NCBI RefSeq assembly: GCF_009914755.1 | Contig: NC_060928.1 | DNA from: the human T2T-CHM13v2.0 reference genome, Homo sapiens | Direction: 5' to 3' (one strand) | Length of the DNA: 64,000 nucleotides | In this document: positions 46,493 to 64,000 of the stretch, one piece after another | Layout of the letters: every line of letters begins with the position of its first letter | Position numbering within the stretch: the first letter of the stretch is position 1 | Program-made: the position numbers and the translations under genes | Notes under the pieces: model-generated | What the model saw: the letters and a program-made list of their open reading frames with translations, nothing else | Database searches by the model: none | Told to the model about the DNA's origin: nothing

Positions 46493-47319
46493 TCATTTTA
46501 GTCAATAAAGGAAATAAAGAAATTCTAGTTTTGAAAATGACGTAATTTGCTACAAGAATGCAAAGGTGATGACATGAGGAAAAAAGGGGTTTGCTGATTT
46601 GTTTTCTCTACTACTCAGCAAATGCAGGCCAGGAACCCATTTATTCAAATATTTATTACATGGTAAATTAAAACATTTATAAAATTAGGCTCATATTCTT
46701 AGAATTCCTGTTAACAAAGTGACATATAAACAAGATTATAATCTAATGGAGATTAATATTGGTTGAGAAAAATCTTGAGACTTCTTTAAGACTTCAGTTT
46801 AATAAAATATTGACTTAGGTAGATATATGTGAGGAAATATATATTTTACCCATGCATGCAAAAATGATGTATGTATTTCTTAAAAGAGTAGGTAGCAATG
46901 ACTTCAAAGGACCATAGCTGTCCCTATCAACATATATATTAACAAAACAATTAGAAACATGAGCTTAGTATGCTAATTATATTTCTACCCAAAGCCTCAA
47001 TTTGTTCTATAGCTATACTGTTCATATATAAGTAAAATTTTAGGGGTATCAGAGAGAGTTAGAAAAGAGCAAATACATGTATGAATTTGATAAGCCTATC
47101 CCTTAATTTGATAGATCTTAAAAGATATTTTATCACTGCATTCTTCTAAAGAAATGTATTTGTACATTGCAAAACAACCCTTTTTGAGAAGTAGACTATG
47201 ATCACAGATTTTCTTGCCACTAGTATTTCCTAAGATTTATTTGGAATAGAAGATCGATATTTTTCTGGGATGACATATGGTTAAAAAGTAAAAAACAAAA
47301 CAAAACAAAAAACTCTTTA

Positions 47320-51640
<4,321 letters not shown>

Positions 51641-51655
51641 TGTTAAAAAATTTAA

Positions 51656-51697
51656 TGCACATGTACCCTAAAACTTAAAGTATAATAATAATAAAAT
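51656..51697 (+). mobile_element. Very short young L1PA 3'-terminal insertion
   Basis: TGCACATGTACCCTAAAACTTAAAGTATAATAAT... matches the extreme 3' end of primate L1PA; AAATTTA on both sides. Confidence 0.75.
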
Positions 51698-51750
51698 AAA
51701 TTTAGGCAATCTGAAAAAATGTTAATAAAAAAGAAAATAAACTAGTTGAA

Positions 51751-52118
51751 TGTATCAGTTCATTTTCATACTGCTATAAAGTACTGCCTGAGACTGAGTA
51801 ATTTATAAAGGAAAGAGATTTAATTGACTCACAGTTTAGCATGGCTGGGGAGGTCTCAGGAAACTTAACAGTCATGGCAGGTGACTTCACAAAGTGGCAG
51901 GAAGGAGAAATGAACGCAGAAGCAACTACCAAACACTTATAAAACCATCAGATCTCATGAGAACTCACTCCCTATGATGAGAACAGCATGGGGGCAACTG
52001 CCCCCATGATCCAATTACTTCCACCTGGTCTCTGCCTTGACACATGGGTATTATGGAGATTATGGGGATTATAATTCAAGATGAGATTTGGGTGGGGACA
52101 CAAAGCCTAACCATATCA
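51751..52118 (-). mobile_element. THE1/MST MaLR solo LTR
   Basis: TG...CA termini: TGTATCAGTTCATTTTCATACTGCTATAAAG ... GGGGACACAAAGCCTAACCATATCA; ~370 bp. Confidence 0.9.
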
Positions 52119-53544
52119 GTGATAAAACTATGTCTTTTCTTTTATGGGGTGCTATAGTGTTTCATTTCAAGTTGTCTTTTTGACCTCCATTTTCCAATTT
52201 CTGGTTAGGAAAAATAACTTTGTCTCCTCCTTAATTGACCCACAACCTTGTTTGCAATGAAGAATCAACACAAATCTTTCATTAAAAGAAATAGGGGAGG
52301 TGATGGGGGATATCCATGAGTGTCCATGGGCATAATTCAGTTGCCTTCATTCAATGCCAATGATACTGCAAAGCCTACAAGGCAAATTCATGTACCTACA
52401 GACAGACTCCATCCTTTTTCTCAAACTATTCAAGATAAAAAATCTTGTTTCATTTTATGTGAGGATTTTTTTCACCATCTATCCTCAAAAAATGAAAAAT
52501 ATCCTCTTCATTTGGGAAATGAGTGCTTATAATAGAAAGTAATTTGTAGTCAGCTGTTACACTTAGATGATTTGTGTCACCTCTGACCTGCTTTCTGATA
52601 ATGCATGACTTCATTCATGGCTCTCTAGGTGACCTGTGTACCCTGACCTGGCATAAACCACTAGAGTATTAAGTCATTTCAGTGGCACATGTTTGAGGGA
52701 AGATTGACATCCCACTGGAAGACTATCTACAGTGAGATCCTCTAAAGCAGCTGCATTCCTAGTGAGGCATGATTAAGTTTATCCCACTATTAGGTTCTGG
52801 AGTATTACTTGTCATGCCCAAGAGGAAAGTTTTTCTAGCATGCAGAGTATCTGGTTTTTAATGGCTACTGAGCTGAAATAAAATGTGCCTACTAAGGGTT
52901 GTTCATTTGTCTGTCTCCCTTCTTTCACTGTTTTTTTTCTTGGAGGTTACAGTAGTTATGCCTTTCTGGTCAGCTGGCTGTTGACCTATCATAGAAATGA
53001 CACTTTCACATCTTCAAGTGTAAGGAATTAGATGTTCCAGCCTTCACTTTGTTTCTCATCCAAAATCAATGACAAAACTTTCAGTATTGATTTCTCATGG
53101 CCTATGAACCTGAGTCAACTTGGCATAAAGGACTTTTCAGACAAGCTTCTCTAAATGCAGAGTCAGTGGCTTCTTTTTGCCAAACTCCACTTTGCTCAGT
53201 GATAACATTAAAATGGTGATTTGATTCATTCCTAGTCTAAAAATACTTCCTCATATTCCAAAATCTCAGTCATTAATACATGGAGGAAAATACAAATTAT
53301 TACATGCCTGTGCTTCTCGGCTGTTGTAGATAGATAAAATATATACAATTGTGTTCTATAATTATTGAGTTCTTTTATCTTTTTTTGTTTTACCAGGAAG
53401 CAAAATTATGTTTATTTCAGAGCTTATTTACTGCATTTAGAATCTCATGACACTTAAAAAACCTTTCTAAAACGTAAATATTCTCCATGATCTCCATGGT
53501 CACAAACAGTATTTCACGTTCTAATTGATATTGCCATTTTATCA

Positions 53545-53839
53545 TTTTTTTTTTTTCTTGGAGACAGTCTCACTCTGTTGCCCAGGCTGGGATGCAGAAG
53601 CACGATCTTGCCTCACTGCAACCTCCACCTCCTGAGTTCAAGCGATTCTCCTGCCTCAGCCTGCCGGGTAGCTAGAATTACAGGCATGTGCCACCACACC
53701 TGGCTAATTCTGTATTTTTAGTAGAGACAGGGTTTCACGATGTTGGCCAGACTGGTCTTGAACTCCTGACCTCAGGTGATCCACCCACCGCAGCCTCCCA
53801 AAGTGCTGGAATTACAGGCGTGAGGCACTGCATCTGGCC
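53545..53839 (-). mobile_element. Alu SINE
   Basis: Poly-T plus reverse dimer. Confidence 0.95.
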
Positions 53840-56800
53840 CTTTTATCTTTCTTTTAACTCAAATCCTCAAATATATCCCTCCATGTGAAGTTGCCTTCCC
53901 TAATTATGTACTGTCCTAGTTTAATCTTCATTCCTTGTTTGCCTCTATAAAACCAAGTTTAAAAATAGTCTCTGATTCTGTAAATCATCACTCTTATGCT
54001 CATTTATATTTCTATCTAGAATATTTTAAATCCTTTGTAACAAAGTTTCTACTATGCAGTCTACCTTTCTCAGCTACGATCTATATACTCCTTGGCCATG
54101 TCTTTTGTTATTGTGTGTGTTTGTCTTTGTGTGTGTCTGTATAGTAGTGGTTTGTAAATTCTCCATTTAGTCACAATATGCTTTTTGAGGATTTTCCTTT
54201 TCCTGGGAATTTCTTGATGATTTTTATTTTGTCATGTGATGAAGAATGTATGTCAAAGCACCACTGCAGAAATAGTGCTTTTCTATTTACTTGCACTCTT
54301 CCATCTTAGAAGAGCTGGTGATAGACAACCGACTCTTCTTTTATCTTGGTTTCTACAACACAGAGGTTGCTAAGCGACTTTAATCCCTTTTAACACAGGA
54401 CAATCAACAACAAATTCCTTCTTTCTTTAGATTCAGATATTTCACTTAGAAAATCTAGCAAATAAAAAATGGTTTAAAACTTCTTTAAAATGTGTAATTC
54501 TGTACAATCTCCTACATCTGTAACCCCTGCCCCAAATATTTTTTACTTATGCTATTTCTTGAGCATTATGATATGCTTATTCATAGGCAATCAACTTGTA
54601 AGTAGCAATAGTGTAGCCCCTTCTAGGAAATCGAAGATGTGAAAATCCAGTTTAATGTGATAATGAGTTACTTTGATGAAAAATACTATGTCACAATTTG
54701 TTATAAAAATACTCATTTGGATTTCTGATTCACTTATATTACCCTCCAACCTTAAGTATGATTGAATTTATAGCTTTTTATACTACTTTCTTTATTTAGG
54801 GAGGAGTGTATTTAAATTCTGTTATCTCGGTTATTACTTGAAAGTTCAACCTCATACTTTCATTTTTATATAATTTTAATATTATGAAAATATTTTATGT
54901 AATTTTATGTATAATTCGAAAACATTTTTAAATATTGCATCTTTAAATTTTTATTTCTTTTATCAAATTTTCCCTATCATTTGTTCTCTGGCTACAACCA
55001 AAGTTAATAGTTACATTTTTTTCCAGTGACAAATGGTAATTTGCAAAGACTTGTAACAGTTGCTTAATACTTTTTTATCCCTTATTTAAGAATCATGCAA
55101 ACAACCAGAGCTGATAGGCAGCAGGTGCACATGAGTGTGGCTGTGCTGATGGTTACTGAAAGATTTCCAAGGTAGCTAGTAATTCTGCTACCCTAAGCCA
55201 CTATAGCTCCTTCCCCATTACTCCCTGGGTCTACCCACCATCCTGCAGCTAGAATAATAAATGGCATGTAGGTTCCTCTAGGATCCTCCTCCAGCACTAT
55301 GTCTCATGCCTGGACATATGAGCTGTTAAATATTTTGATTATCACTCCTGTGTGGTAAGGGAGACGTCTACTTGTCGTAACTTGATGTTTACTAAACTAC
55401 TTTTAAGATTACCTTATGATAAAAGTAGACACTTGCAATTTTGCAGAATGCATAGTTTGTTTTTAACAAACCAGGTAAACATAACTGCAGAGTTTTCCTA
55501 TACGTTTTGAAATCTTTAAAAAAGTATTTTTTATTTGCCTTTCTATTAGAAATAGATTAGATAAAAATTTCCTTGTTTCAATTTTTAGAATGAACATTAG
55601 AGAATATTGTTACTGAAGGAATTTTTTTAAAAATAGTGACTGATCAAATGTCAGCAGCTTTATACTATAGTGTAAAATTTTATTTTGTAGTTTGCCATCC
55701 CATTAAGCATTAGAATTTTTATAATTGATCCTTTGATGTTTATATTCATGATATTAATGTAATGTCTTTAAACCTTAGCTCATATAGGTCATATGACTTA
55801 AAGCATCCTTAGATGAAGATATTTGGGCTATAAATAATTTATGACATAAGTGATTTAAAAATTCATTCTTTCCATCCATTTTGAAGAAATTGTAAGGTAG
55901 GGTTCATGTATACCTAATACTTATCCCCCCAAAATACGAAAAATAAAATCATTTTTAAAATATCTGGGTTAATGCTATAGATTGGAAGCAGTTTTTAAAA
56001 AGCACTTAAAGTCTACCAGTTTATTGATCCTCAATCTGTGGCTGTTTTAAATGGATGCAATTAGCAGTTCAGTCTAAGAGAACCATGGTAGTAGACTCAT
56101 TACTCCCCAGAAACCATTACATCATTTTGTAATATTAAATTACTAAATATAAGGAATAGAATATATATTGTAAAAATTGCTTTGGAATCAATAATAAGTA
56201 TTGTGGCTATCAATTATAGTTATATATTACAATGTAAGGGATATCCTTTTATAAACTTAATATCACACAAGTAGACTTAGAATAATTCCATTAATATAAT
56301 TTTGCTTGTGTTTTTATACCTATTCATTTCAATAACTCTTTTTCCTATATATATTTTTTATCTCAAATTCGATAGTATCTAAATCATGGAATCATAAAAC
56401 CTTAAAGCTGGGTTGGAACAGAAATAATACAATTTAACATCTTATAGGCTCTCTAGTCCTCAGTTTCCCTAAGTGATCGGCTCAAGATCATGAATTTATG
56501 GAGGATTAGAGTCAGAATTAGAACCCAAGATTAATTTATACTTTGTTATCTCTTCTACAGCCTACCCCCTTAGTTTGCCTGTGGGTTTATGGAAGTTACA
56601 GGAGAGACATTCTGAGATTCAGCTAAAAACCTAGCTCCCAATAGAATTATTGCCCTGTAGTCAGCCGCGCAAATACAATCACAAATACCTGAAGTTCCTT
56701 GTGTGAAGAAAAAGAAAATGACTATTAAAGCATCAAAATCAATGCAAGTTACCTTTCTTTGCCCCTTTCTTCCCCTTTCACTCCTTTCTTCTCCTATACT

Positions 56801-57621
56801 ACTTGAAATTTCTAGCGGGGATCTCTAAAATGCCTGGATGTTAGGAATGGTAAGTCTATTGTAGAGAATTATATTTTCTATTTTAGTGGATGAAAAATAA
56901 ACCATACCCTTAAGAGGCTTTTCAAAGTTAAGATTTTGAGCACATCCTTCATTGGCCCAGTCTCTGACCAGTGAGGTCAAGTATTAGCCAGTGTCAGAAT
57001 GTCGTGAAAAGTTTGTGTTTCAGATGCAGAATTTTTTTTTGCGTTTTCTGTGTGATGTTTATAGGGTATTTTCTTCTGAAATGTTTTCCATCTTGGTTTT
57101 TAAAAATATCTATTATTTTAAAAAATATTCCCTCATAACTTCTTTTTATTTTCGGAAACTATATAAATTGATCTGATAATCTATACACAATGCCTTGTGA
57201 ATTTATACCTGTACCTCTCATGTTCCAGTGTTTGGTTCTTAAATAATCACTTTGTATAATGGAAATACTATGTTAAATTGTTTATAACTGGTGGTTGATA
57301 TTTCAGCCTTGTTTGGCTATCGTAGTTATATAAAGACTGTTAATTAGAAACAACCTCATATGGTGTATGCTTGTTTTTATCTTCATGGAATTTGTTCTGC
57401 AAACACTGAGTTCTTTACTGGGAGTCACCACTTTGTCTATGTTAGGAGGAGCAGGAAGTGAATACATTTAAGGTCTTTAATTTTCTTCTTAAAACTTTGA
57501 CTACTGTAGTGGTTTTTTAAAGCATTAACAGGAGAATAGCCATCACTGCCAAGTAGCTGACATTCTGAAATAGCACTTCCCTTTAGGCACTGTACAGTTG
57601 GAATCATTTACTTGCAGAGAG

Positions 57622-57641
57622 GTGTGTGTGTGTGTGTGTGT
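57622..57641. repeat. (GT)n microsatellite
   Basis: Direct reading. Confidence 0.9.
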
Positions 57642-58399
57642 ATTTATGTGTGTACTCATGTGTATAAGAATAGGAGAAACACTTTGTGGGCATATCCTGC
57701 TGAGGTGAGTAACGTGCTGATTAGTGAACTCCAGTCTCATCCCATTTAAACCTGGAGGAGAACCACATCAAGCACAGAAGCAGCCAAAGCAGCATTTCAA
57801 CAGGAAGGAAACATCTATTACTGGGGCTTTGAAGAAACATGCCATGAAGGTGTACTAATATCACAAAGGGAAGGGAAGGACTAAATTCAGCATGATAAAC
57901 AAAGTCCCTTTTTTGTAACGGAAGTGTTTGATGATGTTTGATCAATGGTGGATCTATCTCTTGAAAGGAAAATGCATTTAAACCCCAAATGGAGGATTCT
58001 TATATAAGGTGCCTAGCTTGTAATGATATATTCATGTTTATAGGTAGAGTGACTGGTTTTTAGAGAAGAGGTTTTTTTTTTTCCTTCATTTTTGAACGAA
58101 AACTTGTCTGTCTCTAGGCTTTGAAATGTAGAATTATTTACCTTTCCCCAAAATGAAATGTTTCACTGAATCTCCTACAAGCTTGTGGAGGCCATGAAGC
58201 ATGTTGAATAAGAGCACAGGCTCTGGAGGCCCTGCCACCCACAAAGGGTGTGCTAAGGTAAACAACTGATAGTATTTTGAAAATTAGATGACTTAGAATC
58301 CATTCAATAAATTTTAGCTATTTTTATTGTCTTTTTTTTCTAAATCTATTTGGAAAATATTGCAGATAAAGTAGATAATACCTTTCTAAAACACAGTGA

Positions 58400-58715
<316 letters not shown>

Positions 58716-58832
58716 TTATAAAGATAAAATAGAATAGGCTTCAATTTAGGGAACAAAGGAAAATATGTTTAGGAATGATATTATGCTCAAAATGATTGCA
58801 ACTTTGATGGTGAAGTGTATTTTATTCAATTA

Positions 58833-59198
<366 letters not shown>

Positions 59199-59369
59199 TC
59201 ATCGGCTTAGATTTTTCTTTAACCCCCTTCATGGCCCTTATCTTAACCTCTGTCTTCAGCACTACCCTTCATATGTTTGTTCCGTTTTATCTTCTAAGTG
59301 ATTTTTTTATAACTCTCAATGTATCATGGCAGAAGGAAAACTCAGTGTATAAGCTGACTGTATTTTGCA

Positions 59370-59673
59370 TTTTCTTTTTTTTTTTTTTTTTTTTGAGATG
59401 GAGTCTCACTCTGTCACCCAGGCTGGAGTGCAGTGGTGCGATCTCAGCTTATTGCAACCTCCGCCTCCTGGAGGCGATTCTCCCGCCTCAGCCTCCCCAG
59501 TAGCTGGGACTACAGGCTTGCACCACCATGCCTGGATAATTTTTATATTTTTAGTAGAGACGGGGTTTCATCATGTTGTCTAGGCAGGTCTCAAACTCCT
59601 GACCTCAAGTGATCCACCCACCTTGGCCTCCCAAAGTGCTGGGATTGCAGGCATGAGCCACCGCGGCCTGGCT
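59370..59673 (-). mobile_element. Alu SINE
   Basis: Poly-T plus reverse dimer. Confidence 0.94.
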
Positions 59674-60699
59674 TCATGATCCAAAATAGCATCATTAAGC
59701 TTCTCTTTCAAAACATGTATATAAGCCTGTGAGTCATCACTGTATTTATCAGAATATTATCATATTGGAGACTTTCCAAAGCTGAACAAAGCCAGAATTA
59801 TTGGCTACTGAGGAACTATATTCTAGCAAGAGACTATTCTATTTGTTGGGGATCACCTCTTTTTACTAAAGGGGACTGTTTTGGGCATATAAAACTAGAA
59901 TTCATGGTTTCTCCTTGATAGTTTGCCAGCTTGATTCCCAGTCAACCAGATAACTGCTGGTAGTGACACTCATGTCCTCCAGGACTCCCAATCTTGTGCC
60001 AGCTCAGAGAGGGAAATCCCCCTAGAACTGCTCACACCATTCCAAGAACCACAAGCACCACCTTGGTATAGTTAAAAATGTGATACCAACTCAAATTCTG
60101 ATAAAAACAAGTTCTATAAAGCTTAATAAAGTTATATTTTTTACTTTTTAAGTTTTGTTTTACTATTTTAAACAGAAAACAGAAGGTAAAAACTCCTCTG
60201 CCTTCCTCAGTATTTGGTTTGTCAGTTGCTGAACTCAGATTTAAGAGTCTAATCATATACAGGCAATAACCCTCTTCTAATCTTAATAATGTTTCTTTGA
60301 TCATTTCTTTAAAAAGAAAAATGAAATAGCCTATTGACTCCAACCCTGACCTCCTGTACTTCACCTGCCTGATGAATATTTATTTGGAATACATAAGTTT
60401 TTTCAAATGCATCATGTCAAGAATTTGTCATTTCAGATTCCTTTCTAGAATTATCTATTTATCTCATTAGTAGCATCATTCTTTCAGACAACCAAACTCA
60501 AAAGCTTTATCACTATAATTGAATTTCTTTTTTCTTCTTACATTTAAAATGTTACTAAATGCCATTCATTTCTTTATCAGTAATATTTCTGTTTGATCAT
60601 TTTATTTCATTTATTCTGCCACCCTCTCATTCCAACTATTGCTTACACTTGAGTACTGCAATAAGCCAATATCTTGCATATGATTATTTATAACACCTA

Positions 60700-61945
60700 A
60701 ATCTTCTACCACTTCACACTCACTGGGATGGATATAATTTTTAAAACATACAATAACAGGTGTTAGTGCGGATATGGAAAAATTGGAACCCTGACACATT
60801 GCTAGTGGAATGTAAAAAGGTGCAGCCACTTTGCAAAACAGTTTGGCAGTTCATCAAAAGATTAAGCATGGAACTACCATAAGACCCAGTAGTTTCGCTC
60901 TTAGGGATTCCACTCTCAAGAGAATTGAAAACATATGCCCATACAAAAACTTATAAACATTGTATATCCATGTTTGTTGCAGCATTATTCACAATAGCCT
61001 AAAGGTAGAAGCAACCCAAATGCCTACAGATGGATGAATGGATAAACAGAATGTGGTATAGACATACAATGGACTATTATTCAACCTTAAAGAGGAAGAA
61101 AATTCTGACACATGCTAGAAAATAGATGGATCTTGTATACATTCTACTAAGTGGAATAAGCCAATCACACAAAGAAAAATATTATGATTCCACTTACATG
61201 AGGTACTTAGAATAGTCAAATTAATAGAGGCATACAGTAGAATAATGATTGCCAGGGGCTGGGAGGAGGAGCAAATGGGAAGTTATTGTTTAATGAGTAT
61301 AGAATTTCTGTTTAGGAAGATGAAAAAGTTCTGGAGATGGGTGGCAGTGATGGTTGCACAGCAATGTGAATGTACTTAATGCCACAGAATAGTATACTTA
61401 AATATGGTTTGAATGGCAAACTTTGTTACATACATTTTATCACAATTAAAAAGTTTGAAATGAATATCCAAAGAAGCATTATTTATGAGGCTAAAAGTGG
61501 AAGTAACCCAAAAGTTCATCATTGATAGCTAAAGGAAACATGGCATATCAAAACAGTAGAATATTAGTCATACAAAGGAATAAAGTACAGACACATGCTG
61601 CAATACAGATGCACCTTAAAAACATTACACTAAGTGAAAGAAACCAGACGTAAAAGGCCAAATTTTGTATGGTTTTATATATATAAAGTCGTTCAAAATA
61701 GGAAAACCCATAAAGACTGAAAGTTGATTAGTGGTCACCAAGGCCCGGGGGAGGAATGAATGAAAACTGGCTCCTAATGGGTACTGGGTTTTTTGGGGCG
61801 AGGGGGACAGAGTGATGAAAATATTGTAGAATTTGATAGTAATGATAGGTGAGAGTGGCATAATTTTTTTTAATATACTAAAACCCACTGACTCATATAC
61901 TTTACAAGGATGTATTTTATGGTATGTGAATTATATCTCAAAACA
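60700..61945 (+). mobile_element. Old L1M 3' fragments (two tandem pieces, junction ~61460)
   Basis: GGTGCAGCCACTTTGCAAAACAGTTTGGCAG, GAAGCAACCCAAATGCC..., GGTATGTGAATTATATCTCAA motifs. Confidence 0.8.
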
Positions 61946-62004
61946 CCCCTTAAATTTTAACGTATGGCTTTTATGATGCCATGTTTCTAAAGAAGCAACG
62001 TGTC

Positions 62005-62190
62005 CCAGTCTCAGCTTACTATTTCTAGGCATGTGACTTTGAGAAAAAATTAAGAGACCTCCCTTCTTACTCTGTAAAATGGGAATAATAATAATGATGA
62101 TAATGATAATAATAATGATCTTACCAGATTTTTTTGAGTGTTAAATGAGGTAACATATGTAGTGCATCTAGCATAGTGTCTGGCATTTAC
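62005..62190 (+). mobile_element. MIR SINE
   Basis: CTGTAAAATGGGAATAATAA...GTTAAATGAGGTAAC...CATAGTGTCTGGCA. Confidence 0.7.
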
Positions 62191-63260
62191 CAAGAACCCC
62201 GGGAACCTGAGCTTCAACTGCTTCTGATACTATTCCAGATACTATTTCAGGATATTCCAATACTGTTTCCATATATTCAGGACAATGGACCAACTCCTTT
62301 AGCCATTTTATCAAAACTCTTTAGATTCTGTTTCAAATCGGTCTTTCCAAAGTCTTCTTGTGCTCCTTTGTAGACACTCTTCAGTCAGAGAGAGCTTTTT
62401 AATCTCCTCCAATTTGCTGCAGCTGTATCTGTGCCTCAAAACAACGCTTTCTCCCCATTCCTCTTTTCTCTCTGCCCTTGGAACTCTGTGGACTTCTCTC
62501 ATGTTTTTAACCTACTCCCTTTTATCAGTGCATGTCATCTCCACTTATTTGTAGCACCCAATATTTTTACTACATCTTTGACCAATTAAGTCTTACTTGG
62601 GTTATGTTTTTAAAGTAGGTATCTTATTAGGTGGTCCTTTTAAAGTATATGTCCAGTCTCTCCAGCTAAATTAAAACCCTTGAGCACAGAGACCACATGT
62701 TATAATGTTTTACCTTTTCCATAGCACTTAGCATGTTACCTTGACATGGCATATACTGAATGAATGCTTGCTATTTATGAGTTTAGTTAGTGCCACATCT
62801 CATGAAGTACAGGGACTTAATGATTCTCAATCCTGACTTCATCTTACAGTCACCTGGAGAATAAAGTTTCCTCTTAGCTCAACAAGTCAGAATCTCTGAG
62901 CAAAATCCTCAACTTCTTACCTAGGTGATACTCTTGTAAGCCACACTGTGAACCACTGGATTCAACAGATGAAGTAATATAAGCCACTGGCTCTTAAGCC
63001 TCATTGATTATTGCGGTGAAGATGTGAAGACTAAAGATGCTTTGGGCATGGCAAAGTGTTCTACAGATATTAGAATTGTTATTATGGTACATTTGAGAGT
63101 GTCATTGCTTTGAGAAAGATTCTCTAAGTTTTTTAACAGCCACACTGTAATGGAAATATCCAATTATAGGTATCCAAAACCTTTTAAACTCTTTATATCA
63201 GGTGTATATACCCTGTTCCTTTTTGCTAACTTAAAAATGTTCAAACTCTGTCTTCTCTAG

Positions 63261-63406
63261 GCTGGCAAACATTCAGCAGCACACCCTCTCAAGATTGTTT
63301 ACTTGCCTTTGCTCCTGTTGAGTTACAACGCTTGGAAGCAGGAGATGGGCTCAGCAGCAGCCAATAGGACATGATCCAGGAAGAGCAGTAAGGGACTGAG
63401 CTGCTG
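63261..63406 (+). other. TET2: TET2 exon 2 (5'UTR, 146 nt; alternative donor after 63387)
   Basis: Branch-like CTAAC at ~63226, pyrimidine tract and acceptor TCTTCTCTAG|G; donors CTG|GTAAGA (63407) and GCA|GTAAGG (63388). Confidence 0.9.
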
Positions 63407-63954
63407 GTAAGACAGTGGAGACAGTTGACACTTGTTTGTCAAGTATGAATTTATTCCTAATGTAATGGTAATCTCTCTCCCAAACTTCAACTTCAAGTTA
63501 CCCTGCACCCTCTCAAATACTTTTCTTTATTGTCTATGCTTAGGACACATGGATTAGATTGTTAAGATTTGTGAATTTACTAAAGTTGTGTACTGACTTA
63601 TGTATAGCTGTATTTTTCTGGAGAAAGATAGATTTTTATCAATTCTCAATGTCTATGGAGTTTTTAAAAAGAGGTAAGGATTATTCAAATGTAACTATAA
63701 ACATAAGAAAATGTGATATCTATAACCAGTTGTTAGAGTATTTATCGCCTCCATTTTGCTTCACTTGTAGCCACTTCGTCTCAATCTTGTTAAGGACCAA
63801 ATAAATGGTATTTGTGGTTACTTGCTGATCTGAAAAGTGAGTACCTCCTGCACCTGGCTAGTCAGTCTTGTGACAATTTGGTGCCATAGAACTAGCAGAG
63901 AACTAAATTATGGAATGGCAGATCTCAGGAGCAGCTATGTGATTTTACATACGG

Positions 63955-64000
63955 TTTGTTTTTAATGGATAGAGACAGAGTCTGGCTATGTTGCCCAGGC
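63955..64000 (-). mobile_element. Alu 3' end or monomer (runs off window)
   Basis: AGAGACAGAGTCTGGCTATGTTGCCCAGGC. Confidence 0.75.

Overview
Human (primate) genomic DNA, AT-rich and dense in Alu, L1, L2, MIR and DNA-transposon fossils, with one CpG island at ~18.8-20.0 kb. I recognise the island and a 146-nt exon at 63261-63406 as the non-coding 5' end of TET2 (+ strand). That comprises alternative first exons, a ~43-kb intron 1 and exon 2; the main coding start (exon 3) lies beyond the window. No intact protein-coding ORF is present: the ORF-track hits are Alu, L1, Tigger or microsatellite translations, or GC-rich shadows. The most notable observations are: (1) overlapping stop/start-coupled uORF pairs in all three recognisable 5'UTR exons; (2) tandem exon-2 donors that switch a uORF between closed and read-through; (3) a phased 21-bp GC-box repeat and a five-tract G-quadruplex at the promoter; (4) a CpG-retaining E-box cluster in intron 1; (5) an HNRNPA1 3'UTR retrocopy; (6) a near full-length Tigger1. 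Gene and repeat names come from sequence recall, not from a database search, and boundaries of old repeats are approximate. I found no evidence of a wholly new system; the uORF architecture is the best candidate for undescribed regulation.
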